NCBI GenBank assembly: GCA_963754925.1
Contig: CAVWHX010000004.1
Span: forward strand, 96,001 to 160,000
DNA from: an uncultured delta proteobacterium
GTDB lineage: Bacteria > Myxococcota > B64-G9
Direction of reading: 5' to 3'
DNA: 64,000 bases
Shown: one piece after another, positions 10,477-22,653 of the stretch
Layout of the letters: each line of letters starts with the position of its first letter
Numbering within the stretch: the stretch's first letter is position 1
The notes under the pieces: generated by a model
Databases searched by the model: none
Told to the model about the DNA's origin: nothing
Seen by the model: only the letters and a program-made list of their open reading frames with translations
Position numbers and translations under genes: made by a program

Positions 10477-12179
10477 CGGTCGAACTGCAATTTTTCTGGC
10501 TTTTGTTGCGCACCAAATTGCGGGGTGTCGCCCGCCTGCGCTCGGGAAGGGCCCGACGCGATGTGCTGCGGGCGGCGTTTTGGCTGGGAATGGGGATCAT
10601 TTTCGCCTACGGGATATTCGCGGGGGCGGAATGGTTCTTACGACAGTGCTTGGCGGTCGAGCTGGTCGGCCAATTCATCCCGCGCAAGGCGATGACCTTG
10701 GTGTTGCTGGTTCTGGCTTCGATCCTGGTGCTCTCGACCACGATAAGCTCTTTTTCGGTGTTCTTTTTGTCCGAAGATCTCGTCGTGCTGCATAGCGCGC
10801 CGGTGCCGATAGGATCATTGTATTTCGCCCGTTTTGTCGAAATGGTGATGGTCTCATCCTGGATGGTGTGGTTTTTTGGGCTGCCGTTGTTTCTCGCCTA
10901 CGGGCGCGTGTACCAGGCTTCGCCTGCCTACTACCTGGCGCTGGCCGCGCTCTTTCCCCTGCTCATGCTGATCCCGGCTGCGTTGGGCGCCTTGATCGCC
11001 ACCATCCTCACCTGGCTGTTCTCGGCCCGGCGTTCGCGAGATTTGCTTATCGTATTGGCCATGCTGGGCTTTGTGGTGGTCTATCTTCTTATTCGAGCCA
11101 TCAAGCCCGAGCAACTGCTTCAGCCTGGCTCGTTTGAAAGCATGATGGAGTTCCTTAATATGTTTCGGGCGCCCGACCTCGACTGGTTGCCGACCGTCTG
11201 GACCACCAACGTGCTGTTCCCTCTGCTCCTCGGCAAGCCGGTGGTGTCCTGGTTGCCGCTTCTGGGAGTAGTTGCCACGGCTCTGGGCATGTGCTCGGTA
11301 TGCGGCATGATAGGAACAACGCTGTACACCTCCGGTTTTTGTCGCGCTCAGGAGGGACGTGTGCGCGGCGTTATCGCAGAAGCCGCGGCGCGCCGGGGAC
11401 GCATTCTGGGCACGTGGTTTGATTGGCTCGGCGCGCGGGTTGGAAAAACCACGGGCGCGTTCCTGGTCAAAGACGTCCGGGTGTTTTGGCGCGACACCAA
11501 TCAGTGGCTCCAGCTGATATTGTTGTTTGCGCTCGGGGCGGTGTATTTGCTCAATTTTGTGTACCTGCGGGTGGCCAACTTCAACTGGTTTACGCTGTAC
11601 GCCGTCAATCACGTTCTACTCGGGTTAGTCGTAAGCGGCGTCGCAGTCCGTTTTGTGTTCCCGGCCGTGAGTCTCGAGGGCCGCGTTTTCTGGCTTGTCC
11701 GCGTTGCGCCGATTCGATTGAGGGACGTCCTCCACAGCAAACTTCTCATCCACCTCGTACCGCTGCTGTTGCTCGGCCAGACGCTGGCAATTGCCTCCTG
11801 CGTAGTGATCGGCGTCCCGCGTCTGTTCGTCGTAATCTCGTCGGGACTCGTGGCGGCCATGACCCTCACCATCAGTTGTCTGGGAATTGGCTGGGGCGCA
11901 ATCTACCCGCGCTTTAATGCCGATAGCCCAGCCAAGATTCCCACCGGGGTCGGCGGGGTCAGCTTCATGGTGCTCAGCATGGGATTCGTGTTGGTTTTTC
12001 TGCTCGTAAGCTTCTACCCTTTGTTTGTATTGTTTCAGCTGCCGCGACATATGACCAACCCGATTCCACGACCGCTATGGTTCTATGGCTCGCTCGTTGG
12101 CACGGTGCTTATGGTATTGGGTGGGTGTTTTGTACCGATGCTCCTTGGGCGAATCAGTCTGGAACGCAGAGAGGATTAG
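10473..12179 (+). CDS. Putative ABC-2-type exporter permease
   Basis: Multi-TM 568 aa, translationally coupled to the ATPase; RFVFPAVSLEG motif. Confidence 0.8.
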   Translation: MTVELQFFWLLLRTKLRGVARLRSGRARRDVLRAAFWLGMGIIFAYGIFAGAEWFLRQCLAVELVGQFIPRKAMTLVLLVLASILVLSTTISSFSVFFLSEDLVVLHSAPVPIGSLYFARFVEMVMVSSWMVWFFGLPLFLAYGRVYQASPAYYLALAALFPLLMLIPAALGALIATILTWLFSARRSRDLLIVLAMLGFVVVYLLIRAIKPEQLLQPGSFESMMEFLNMFRAPDLDWLPTVWTTNVLFPLLLGKPVVSWLPLLGVVATALGMCSVCGMIGTTLYTSGFCRAQEGRVRGVIAEAAARRGRILGTWFDWLGARVGKTTGAFLVKDVRVFWRDTNQWLQLILLFALGAVYLLNFVYLRVANFNWFTLYAVNHVLLGLVVSGVAVRFVFPAVSLEGRVFWLVRVAPIRLRDVLHSKLLIHLVPLLLLGQTLAIASCVVIGVPRLFVVISSGLVAAMTLTISCLGIGWGAIYPRFNADSPAKIPTGVGGVSFMVLSMGFVLVFLLVSFYPLFVLFQLPRHMTNPIPRPLWFYGSLVGTVLMVLGGCFVPMLLGRISLERRED

Positions 12180-12231
12180 AGACTGTTAGCAAACGCAGTG
12201 AGCGTTACAGTCTCTTATCCCCGAAGGGGAA
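12176..12231 (+). repeat. TTAG hairpin repeat overlapping two convergent stop codons
   Basis: TTAGAGACTGTTAGCAAACGCAGTGAGCGTTACAGTCTCTTATCCCCGAAGGGGAA. Confidence 0.75.
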
Positions 12232-13518
12232 TAGATGTAGTGCCTTCGTTCTAAATTCTTCACGGAAGGGATTGAAGGTGCCGATCCGGACCCTCGGCAA
12301 CACTCTTCGCAGCTCTTGGACAAATCGGAACAAACCAAGTGTGGGGCCATGGGCCGGTGAGACTTTGTCGCAGAGCCAGTCCGGATCCACGTCGAGGTTG
12401 CGGAGTTGCACGCCGTGAGCCCGGGTGCGACGCAGCAGGCCGAAGAGCGCATCAAACTCACCCTGGCGATCGGTGAAGCCGGGGAACGTCAGCAGATTCA
12501 GCGATACATAGATGCCACGCGCAACCGCTTCGGTCACAAAGCGTTCGACGGTAGCAAGGGTGAAGTCGCCACGGTGGTAGGCGGCGAACGAAGCCTCCCG
12601 GGCGGAAAAGAGACTCACCCGCGCGCTATTGAGGCCTGCGGCCGCTAACATCGGGACCGCTTCGGGCCGACTACCGTTGGTGTTCATGTGGATGGTGCCC
12701 CGTCGCGTTTGTGTTCGGATCTGACGAACAGCCTCGGCGATGGTATCGGCGTACAACAGGGGCTCGCCCTCGCAGCCTTGGCCAAAGCTTACCATGGCGG
12801 GTTTCGCCCGCCACAAATGATGCAGAGCCAGCGCGACGATATCCACCAGCGGCGGCGGCGCGCGGAGGCGGTCTTGCGGGCTACCGACCTCCCCTTCTTG
12901 ATGCGAGATGCATCCCAGGCAGCGGGCATTGCACCGCGGCGAAACGGGCAACGCCGCCTCATAGCCGCCCAGGAAAAAGTTGCGCGCCGTGCAACAGTAA
13001 TACGCGCGCGTACAGTGCGCGAGCTGCCTAAGGAGTTTGTTTCTCGGAAAGCGCGCTTCGAATCTCGCGATACGGCGCTCCCAATCGGTGCGGGAAAATC
13101 GTTCCGGATCCCAGTGCGTGTGTCGGTCGAGACGAAAGGCCGCGGCCACAAGCTGCCCGCCGCGCAGACCGACGGCGGTATAGGCGCGCAGCGGAAGCTG
13201 CGGAGCGCCGTCGCCCGTACGGGCAGCCGGCAGCAGCAACCGCAGATACCCCGGCGGCAGGACAGCGGCGACGGCCGACGGCATCAGGCAGCCTTCGGGC
13301 AGCTTGATGGAACGCAGGCTGACTGCTCGACCGCTCTGCGGGTGAAAACCGCGCGGCAGCCGGCCCGGCAAGCGCACGAGCTGGGCGCTTTCCGGCAGCG
13401 GGATGAAGCGCTCGGCGGCCTCGGCCGGTATCAAACGATTGAACGAGGCGCCGGCAAAAAGCAGCGACGGGTGGTCGTATATCCGTCCGGCGTCATCGGC
13501 AAACAACATTCGCACCAC
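12205..13518 (-). CDS. Radical SAM protein of unknown function
   Basis: CNARCLGC (CxxxCxxC), SFGQGCEGEP, MNTNGS. Confidence 0.88.
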   Translation of the reverse strand: MVRMLFADDAGRIYDHPSLLFAGASFNRLIPAEAAERFIPLPESAQLVRLPGRLPRGFHPQSGRAVSLRSIKLPEGCLMPSAVAAVLPPGYLRLLLPAARTGDGAPQLPLRAYTAVGLRGGQLVAAAFRLDRHTHWDPERFSRTDWERRIARFEARFPRNKLLRQLAHCTRAYYCCTARNFFLGGYEAALPVSPRCNARCLGCISHQEGEVGSPQDRLRAPPPLVDIVALALHHLWRAKPAMVSFGQGCEGEPLLYADTIAEAVRQIRTQTRRGTIHMNTNGSRPEAVPMLAAAGLNSARVSLFSAREASFAAYHRGDFTLATVERFVTEAVARGIYVSLNLLTFPGFTDRQGEFDALFGLLRRTRAHGVQLRNLDVDPDWLCDKVSPAHGPTLGLFRFVQELRRVLPRVRIGTFNPFREEFRTKALHLFPFGDKRL

Positions 13519-13527
13519 GGGCGCTCC

Positions 13528-15054
13528 CTAATAGGTGTCCCCGAAGCGGACCTCGAACTGCTCGCGGTGGTAGTCCCAACGCGAGTCTACCCGGACCTGG
13601 AGTCCTAAGCGTCGCTCGATCGACTCGAGTGCTTCGTTTTCCTCGTTGATTAAGTGCTTGCCGACCGACGGATTGGTCATCACCACCACACTGCCGGTCC
13701 GGCCGTGCGCCTCGCGCTCGATCGCCCGTATGATCTCGTAGGACACGGTGGCAGGAGATTTAACGCGTCCGGTGCCCTCGCAGGCCGGGCATACCTGCGA
13801 CATCGACTGCGACAGGCTTTCGCGAACGCGCTTACGGGTCATCTCGATCAGCCCCAGTTCTGAAATCTTTAAAATGTTGGTCCGCGCGCGATCGTGGATC
13901 AAGGCTTCCTGCAAGGCATTGTACACTTTCTCGCGGTTGGCGGGCCGCTCCATATCGATGAAGTCGATGATGATGATGCCGCCCAGATCGCGCAACCGAA
14001 GCTGGCAGACAATCTCCTTGACCGCCTCGAGATTGATTTTCGTAATGGTGTCCTCGAGATTGTATTTCCCGACATACTTGCCGGTATTGACGTCGATGGC
14101 GGTCAGCGCCTCGGTTTCGTCGATAACGATATAACCGCCGCTTTTAAGCCAGACCTTGCGGCCGAACGTGCGCTCGATCTCGAGTTCGATGCCGACAAAA
14201 TCGAAGAGCGGCTCCGAACCCGCGTAATATTCGACCCGGGGCGCCAGGGCCGGCATGAAGGTGCGTACAAACTCCAGTAAGCGGCGGTGCTCTTCCGCGT
14301 CATCGATTAACACGCGGCTGACCTCCGCGGTGAACAGATCGCGCGTCGTTCGGCGAATCAAATCCAGATCCTGGTAGAGTTGGGCCGGGGCGTTGACGTG
14401 CTCGGCCCGTGCTTGCACGTCGTCCCATAACCGGATTAAAAAATCCATATCGGCCTTGAGCGCTTCCTCGTCGGTTCCCTCAGCCGCGGTGCGGATGATA
14501 AAACCGGTAGCTGACGGACGCAGCCGCTCTATCATTTCCTTGAGACGATTTCGCTCCGCCTCGTTGGCAATGCGCCGCGATACACCAACATGATCGACGG
14601 TGGGTAAGAACACCAACAGTCGTCCGGGCAAGGTGATGTGGGTGGTGAGCCGAGCGCCTTTGGTGCTGATAGGGTCCTTGGCGATCTGCACCAGCAATTC
14701 CTGGCCGGGGTGGAGCAAATCGGTGATGCGCCACGGTGCCTCGCTAGGTACCGGCGCTTCGGCTTCAACCTCGGCCTCGGGGTCGATGCCGTCATCTTCG
14801 GTCAACCCAAACGGATCGGCGGTATCCGGCGGCGCCGCGTCCGACACGTACAGAAAGCCGGCCTTTTCAAGGCCCAGATCAACGAAGGCCGCATCCATCC
14901 CCGGGAGGACGCGCACCACCTTCCCTTTGTAGATGCCTCCCACCAACCCGCGTTCTCCGGGGTGCTCGATGAAAAGCTCCGCCAATGAGCCCTGTTCAAT
15001 GAGAGCTACACGCCGTTCGTTGTGGACGGCATTTATCACCAGCGTCTTGCTCAT
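13528..15054 (-). CDS. rng: Ribonuclease E/G family (RNase G)
   Basis: IYKGKVVRVLPGMDAAFVD (S1), IDVNTG, IIIDFIDM, CPACEGTG. Confidence 0.93.
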   Translation of the reverse strand: MSKTLVINAVHNERRVALIEQGSLAELFIEHPGERGLVGGIYKGKVVRVLPGMDAAFVDLGLEKAGFLYVSDAAPPDTADPFGLTEDDGIDPEAEVEAEAPVPSEAPWRITDLLHPGQELLVQIAKDPISTKGARLTTHITLPGRLLVFLPTVDHVGVSRRIANEAERNRLKEMIERLRPSATGFIIRTAAEGTDEEALKADMDFLIRLWDDVQARAEHVNAPAQLYQDLDLIRRTTRDLFTAEVSRVLIDDAEEHRRLLEFVRTFMPALAPRVEYYAGSEPLFDFVGIELEIERTFGRKVWLKSGGYIVIDETEALTAIDVNTGKYVGKYNLEDTITKINLEAVKEIVCQLRLRDLGGIIIIDFIDMERPANREKVYNALQEALIHDRARTNILKISELGLIEMTRKRVRESLSQSMSQVCPACEGTGRVKSPATVSYEIIRAIEREAHGRTGSVVVMTNPSVGKHLINEENEALESIERRLGLQVRVDSRWDYHREQFEVRFGDTY

Positions 15055-17648
15055 GCCTGTTCTCCTATCGAAATGACTGGTACCGGTTGCGCCCACAACA
15101 GCTCCTCGCGCAGCACGGGTATGTTGGTCAGACCGAAAGCTATCTCAGCCACCTCGCTCGGCCGCACCAGGGGGCCCGCCGTGAGTAACAGTTCAAGTAC
15201 CGCCTCGGACCCCTGGCGCCCGCATTCAATGTCGAATCGGCCGATACTGCCGCGGGCCTCTATCGCGCGCATACGGCCCTTGGTTATCCGGGTTATCGCC
15301 ACCCGATCGCGCCGCTGAAGCTCCCTGACGCCTCGTTCGGCGAGCTCCCGATCGATGCTGCCGAGAAAGAGGCGATAGCGCACGGCACGAGCGCTCTTCA
15401 TGATCCCGGACGCCCCGGGTTGCAAAAGCTCGGCTGAAAGCAGGGCGATCCCGCCCGCGAGTTGTTCGCGCAAGGAGGTGGTCAAGACAGAAAGATCCGG
15501 TTGCCCCGATACGGCGACATCCACAAATTCGGCCCGGCTTTCGGTGCCGACCGGGCATGCGGGACCGCACGACAGGCGTGGTTTGGGATGGAACCCGCTG
15601 CTATAGAACAGCGGCCATCGGGCGCGGCGCAGGCTGCGTTCGATCGCCCCGAGAAACTCAAGGTGGCTGATGAGGCTTGCCGGGCCGGTTTTCGAAAAGC
15701 GCAGGCGAATCCAGATCGGGCTGCCGCCGGCGCCGGATGGCCAAAGCGTTCGCCGGCTATCGGTTCCCTGATCCTGATTATGGTCGGAAACCGATCGTGT
15801 CGTGGTCGGGGAGCAGGCTGCACGGTCCAGCCGCGGCGCAATACCTTCCTCGCAGGCGCCGCAGGCGTTACAGGTATGCTGGGAACAGTCTGGCGTGAGC
15901 TCCGAAGCCAGTGCCCGCTCGCGCTCCTTTAATAAAAACTCGCGGCTCGGCCCCATATCGAGATGCTGCCAAGGCAGGACCTCGTCGATCGAACGGCCGC
16001 GGCGGAAGACCTCGGGAGATCCCGGAATCGGAATGGCAGAAAAAGATTGCTCAAACAACCGCGCCTGGTAGTGCTCCGACCAACCGGCCAATCGCTGACC
16101 GGCCTCGGCCAGGTACGCTAAAACCGAAAATTGGCGGCGATCACCGCGGGCGAGCAAGCCCTCGGCCCAGCTCATTTCGGGGTGCGGCAGGGCCAGTTTG
16201 ACCCCGGGCACCCGGCGAAAGCCTTCCTTGAGCGCAGCCTGGGCCTCAGTTATCTCTGCCCGCGACATCATGCGCTCCCACTGAAACGGCGTGTGCGCCT
16301 TTGGGACAAAGGTGGATACCCCGACATTAATACGCGGCCGCAACCCGGCCGCAAGAAGCTCATCCCGAAGACGGGCCACCAACGCGACGATCGCCTCCCG
16401 GTCGGCGGTCGTCTCGGTCGGCAACCCAATCATGAAGTACAGCTTCAACAGTCGCCAGCCAGCTCGAAAGGCGCCCATGGCGGCGCGGATTATTTCAGAC
16501 TCGTCGATGTCTTTGTTGATCACCCGACGCAGTCGCTCGCTACCAGCCTCGGCGGCAATGGTAAAGCTCGAGGTGCGCACCATACGAACGAGCTCGGCGA
16601 GCCTCGGCGTCAGCGTCTCGGCCCGTAAGGATGGCAGGCTTGCCCCGATGCGGGCGTCGCCGTGCCGATCGAAGAAACGTTCCAAGATACCCAGAATGTT
16701 GGGATGATCGCCGGCCGAAAGGCTCAGGAACGAGACTTGATCGTAGCCCGTACAAGGCACGGCGCGATCAACCGCTTCCAAGACGGTGTCAGCCGAGCGC
16801 TGCCGCACCGGTCGGTTTATCATGCCGGCATGACAAAACCGGCAACCGCGGGTGCAGCCGCGCTGAATCTCTAGGGTCAGGCGATCATGGACCGTCTGGA
16901 TGCCGGCCACCACGGGCCGTGCAGGCGGCGGCAGGCTATCGAGGTCAGGCAGCAGCCGGCGTTTAACCACAACGGGAGCACTATCGAGCGGCACAATCGT
17001 GCGCAGCGATCCATCCTGGCCGTAGTGGATCCGGTACCGCTGGGGAAGGTATATGCCCGACACCCCCTGAAGCTCATCAAGAATCTGGCTGCGAGAAGCC
17101 CGGCGGCGGCGGAGGCGCCCGACCAATCGAGCTACCTCGACGATTCCCTCCTCGCCATCTCCTAAGAAGACCGCATCCAGGGCCTCGGCCAGGGGTTCGG
17201 GATTGGACGCACACGGCCCGCCGGCAATGACGATGGGATGATCGCCCGAACGTTCGACGCTGCGCAGTGGGATTCTGCCGAGCGTCAGCATCGCCAGCAC
17301 ATCGACAAAGTTGAGCTCGTGTTGAAGGGTAAAACCTACCAGATCGAATGCATGCAGCGGGGTGCGCGACTCCAGAGAAGCAAGCGGCAATGCGGCTCGG
17401 CGCAGCTGTTTTTCCAAATCGATATCAGGTGCAAAAACGCGCTCGGCCCAGAGATCCGACGTGCTGTTGACGGCGTCGTACAGCACCTGTAGGCCCAGAT
17501 AACTCATGGCCAGTTCGTACAGATCCGGATAACACAGAGCAACCCGGCAGATAACATTTGTTGGGTCTTTTATGACAGCGTTGACCTCGTTGCCGAGATA
17601 GCGGCCGGGGTGGCGCACCGAACGCAGGATATCGTCGAATGACCTCAT
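15051..17648 (-). CDS. TIGR03960-type B12-binding radical SAM protein fused to a TIGR03936/DUF2344 domain
   Basis: YPDLYELAMS, RGCTRGCRFC, FVPKAHTPFQW; C-terminal ISHLE...SGFHPKP. Confidence 0.9.
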   Translation of the reverse strand: MRSFDDILRSVRHPGRYLGNEVNAVIKDPTNVICRVALCYPDLYELAMSYLGLQVLYDAVNSTSDLWAERVFAPDIDLEKQLRRAALPLASLESRTPLHAFDLVGFTLQHELNFVDVLAMLTLGRIPLRSVERSGDHPIVIAGGPCASNPEPLAEALDAVFLGDGEEGIVEVARLVGRLRRRRASRSQILDELQGVSGIYLPQRYRIHYGQDGSLRTIVPLDSAPVVVKRRLLPDLDSLPPPARPVVAGIQTVHDRLTLEIQRGCTRGCRFCHAGMINRPVRQRSADTVLEAVDRAVPCTGYDQVSFLSLSAGDHPNILGILERFFDRHGDARIGASLPSLRAETLTPRLAELVRMVRTSSFTIAAEAGSERLRRVINKDIDESEIIRAAMGAFRAGWRLLKLYFMIGLPTETTADREAIVALVARLRDELLAAGLRPRINVGVSTFVPKAHTPFQWERMMSRAEITEAQAALKEGFRRVPGVKLALPHPEMSWAEGLLARGDRRQFSVLAYLAEAGQRLAGWSEHYQARLFEQSFSAIPIPGSPEVFRRGRSIDEVLPWQHLDMGPSREFLLKERERALASELTPDCSQHTCNACGACEEGIAPRLDRAACSPTTTRSVSDHNQDQGTDSRRTLWPSGAGGSPIWIRLRFSKTGPASLISHLEFLGAIERSLRRARWPLFYSSGFHPKPRLSCGPACPVGTESRAEFVDVAVSGQPDLSVLTTSLREQLAGGIALLSAELLQPGASGIMKSARAVRYRLFLGSIDRELAERGVRELQRRDRVAITRITKGRMRAIEARGSIGRFDIECGRQGSEAVLELLLTAGPLVRPSEVAEIAFGLTNIPVLREELLWAQPVPVISIGEQA

Positions 17649-17729
17649 GCTACAGGCAATCTAACATGACCAGAACGATTCAACCAACTTCCCTGAGAAG
17701 CTACCTTCTTTCTGCTCTCTCCCAATTCT

Positions 17730-17973
17730 GAGGGTGTCGTAAATTGCTTTAGATGTCATTCCCGCGGAAGCGGGAATCCCAGGAGCCCGTTAGCGAGCTT
17801 TGCTCGCGTTACGGGCGCCTGTAGGGCGATTCAAGAATCGCCCTACAACCCCCTTCTGGACCCCCGCCTTAGAGATTGTAGCAAGCGAAGCGAAGCTGAG
17901 CGAGGCGTACAATCTCTTATCCCTTTAGGGGTTCGCGGGAGTGACGAGCGTTTTTGATCTGTGTAACACCAAC
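17730..17973. mobile_element. Composite MITE/REP-like element, copy 2 (inverted, with extra internal palindromes)
   Basis: Ends GAGGGTGTCGTAAA ... GTGTAACACCAAC; contains GTCATTCCCGCGGAAGCGGGAATCC, a GTAG REP-like palindrome (17821-17846) and the TTAG hairpin (17869-17933). Confidence 0.75.
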
Positions 17974-17989
17974 AACATGAGAGAGAATA

Positions 17990-20907
<2,918 letters not shown>

Positions 20908-20932
20908 CCCCAGAAACCCCTTTCTGCTGATC

Positions 20933-21790
20933 CTACTTCGTCTCGCCCAGTTTGGCCTGCAATGCGGCAAATTCCTCATCGGCAATAGTAAAGCTGTGCA
21001 GAGCATCGGGAAAGGCGCGGCTGCGGACTTCCTGGCAGTAGCGTTCCAAGCCAGCGCGCGCCTGGTCGCCGAGCTCCGCAAAACGCTTCACGTGCTTGGG
21101 TTTGAAACCGTCGTCGAGGCCGAGCATATCGTGAAACACCAAGACCTGGCCATCGCAGCCGGCCCCGGCGCCAATGCCGATGACCGGAATGCGCAGACGC
21201 TTACTGATGATGCTCGCCAGCCGATCCGGCACGCATTCAAGCACCAGCATGGTGCAGCCTGCCTGCTCAAGACGTTCGGCATTCCCGATGATGGCGCAGG
21301 CTTGGTCAGAGGTACGGCCTTGCGCGCGATAACCACCCAAAAAATGCGCGGTCTGCGGCGTCAGTCCGAGATGTCCGACGACTGGAATGCCGGCGCGCAC
21401 CATGGCCGCGGCGGTGTCGGCGACCCAATCGCCGCCCTCGATTTTCACCGCTTGCGCCGACCCCTCCTTCATGAAGCGTCCGGCATTGGTCACCGCGCTT
21501 TCAGGTGAAACGTTATACGACATAAACGGCATATCGACTATCAGGAATGCGCGCTTGACGGCACGCGCGACCGCTTTCAGATGATGAAGCATTTCGTCCA
21601 TCGTTACGGGCAACGTATCGGGATAGCCGAGCACCACATTGCTGAGGCTATCGCCCACCAGGATCGTGTCGACACCCGCACCGTCGACTAATCGTGCGGT
21701 CGGGAAGTCGTAGGCGGTAACCATCGCGATGGGCTGGCGATCCGCCTTCATCTTGTGCAAGGCGGCAATATCAACTTTCTGGTTTTCCAT
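20933..21790 (-). CDS. panB: 3-methyl-2-oxobutanoate hydroxymethyltransferase
   Basis: MVTAYD, LVGDSL, VKIEGG, GHLGLTPQ, GIGAG..CDGQVLV. Confidence 0.97.
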   Translation of the reverse strand: MENQKVDIAALHKMKADRQPIAMVTAYDFPTARLVDGAGVDTILVGDSLSNVVLGYPDTLPVTMDEMLHHLKAVARAVKRAFLIVDMPFMSYNVSPESAVTNAGRFMKEGSAQAVKIEGGDWVADTAAAMVRAGIPVVGHLGLTPQTAHFLGGYRAQGRTSDQACAIIGNAERLEQAGCTMLVLECVPDRLASIISKRLRIPVIGIGAGAGCDGQVLVFHDMLGLDDGFKPKHVKRFAELGDQARAGLERYCQEVRSRAFPDALHSFTIADEEFAALQAKLGETK

Positions 21791-21901
21791 GGCGGTATCC
21801 TTTCTGGTCCACCGCTGGTTAGGCTGGCGGCCGTTGGTTTAGAATACGGTTTACTCCAAGCTTACGGAATGTCAACAACCGGTTGGGTTAATCAAAAACG
21901 C

Positions 21902-22633
21902 TTAATCCATATCGGGGGGGAGATACTTGGCAACCACCGTCTGAAGACAACAAGGCGCCGGGAGATCCTTATAGATCCGACGCATTGATCGGAGATCGGA
22001 TTCCCACACGACATCGCCGGGCGCGAGCACGCAGATGCTTCCCGGCAGGTATTTTGTAAACAGCCTCCCATCTTTATAATAGTAATGCCCTTCGTTTATA
22101 CGGGCCGGAAATGCCCGCATGAAGGGGGGGATATCGGACGGCTTAAACCACAGTTTGATCTCGCGTTCGGCGTCATCGCGCGTTGCCGAGGCATGGATGA
22201 GGTTGTCCATCCGTTCTCCGATTACCGTTCCCTTGGCATCCATGAGCGGCACCACGGTCCCCAGCGATCGGATGCATCCCGGTTTCTGCTGTCGCGCGTC
22301 GTGGGGGTTCGTGGGCCCCGCAATCTCTCGCACCTTCGGCACGGCATTCGGACCTTGATACACGATGGCTATCACCCGCTGCTTGTGGGGCTCATCGGGA
22401 TAGTGAATGCGTCCCTTGATGTATTCAATGAGCGAGGGGTAGAACAACTTTCCCCGATGCTCCGCATAATGTTCCTCCGCCAGCATGGTGCTGACGCTGA
22501 CAACCCGCGTGCCGGCAAAGCGCAAACCGCTATGGAATTCGGAAAGCACTGAAAGCACGTATCCGGTAAGCGAATTCTTAAGAGCATCCGGTTTGATGAG
22601 TACGAGTGTCTGCTCGAGTTCTTTCTTTCCCAT
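21902..22633 (-). CDS. ndk: Nucleoside-diphosphate kinase with insertions and C-terminal extension
   Basis: EQTLVLIKPDA, HYAEH, GPTNP, NLIHAS, EREIKLWF. Confidence 0.85.
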   Translation of the reverse strand: MGKKELEQTLVLIKPDALKNSLTGYVLSVLSEFHSGLRFAGTRVVSVSTMLAEEHYAEHRGKLFYPSLIEYIKGRIHYPDEPHKQRVIAIVYQGPNAVPKVREIAGPTNPHDARQQKPGCIRSLGTVVPLMDAKGTVIGERMDNLIHASATRDDAEREIKLWFKPSDIPPFMRAFPARINEGHYYYKDGRLFTKYLPGSICVLAPGDVVWESDLRSMRRIYKDLPAPCCLQTVVAKYLPPDMD

Positions 22634-22653
22634 AGGAGTGTCCTTTTGTACGG

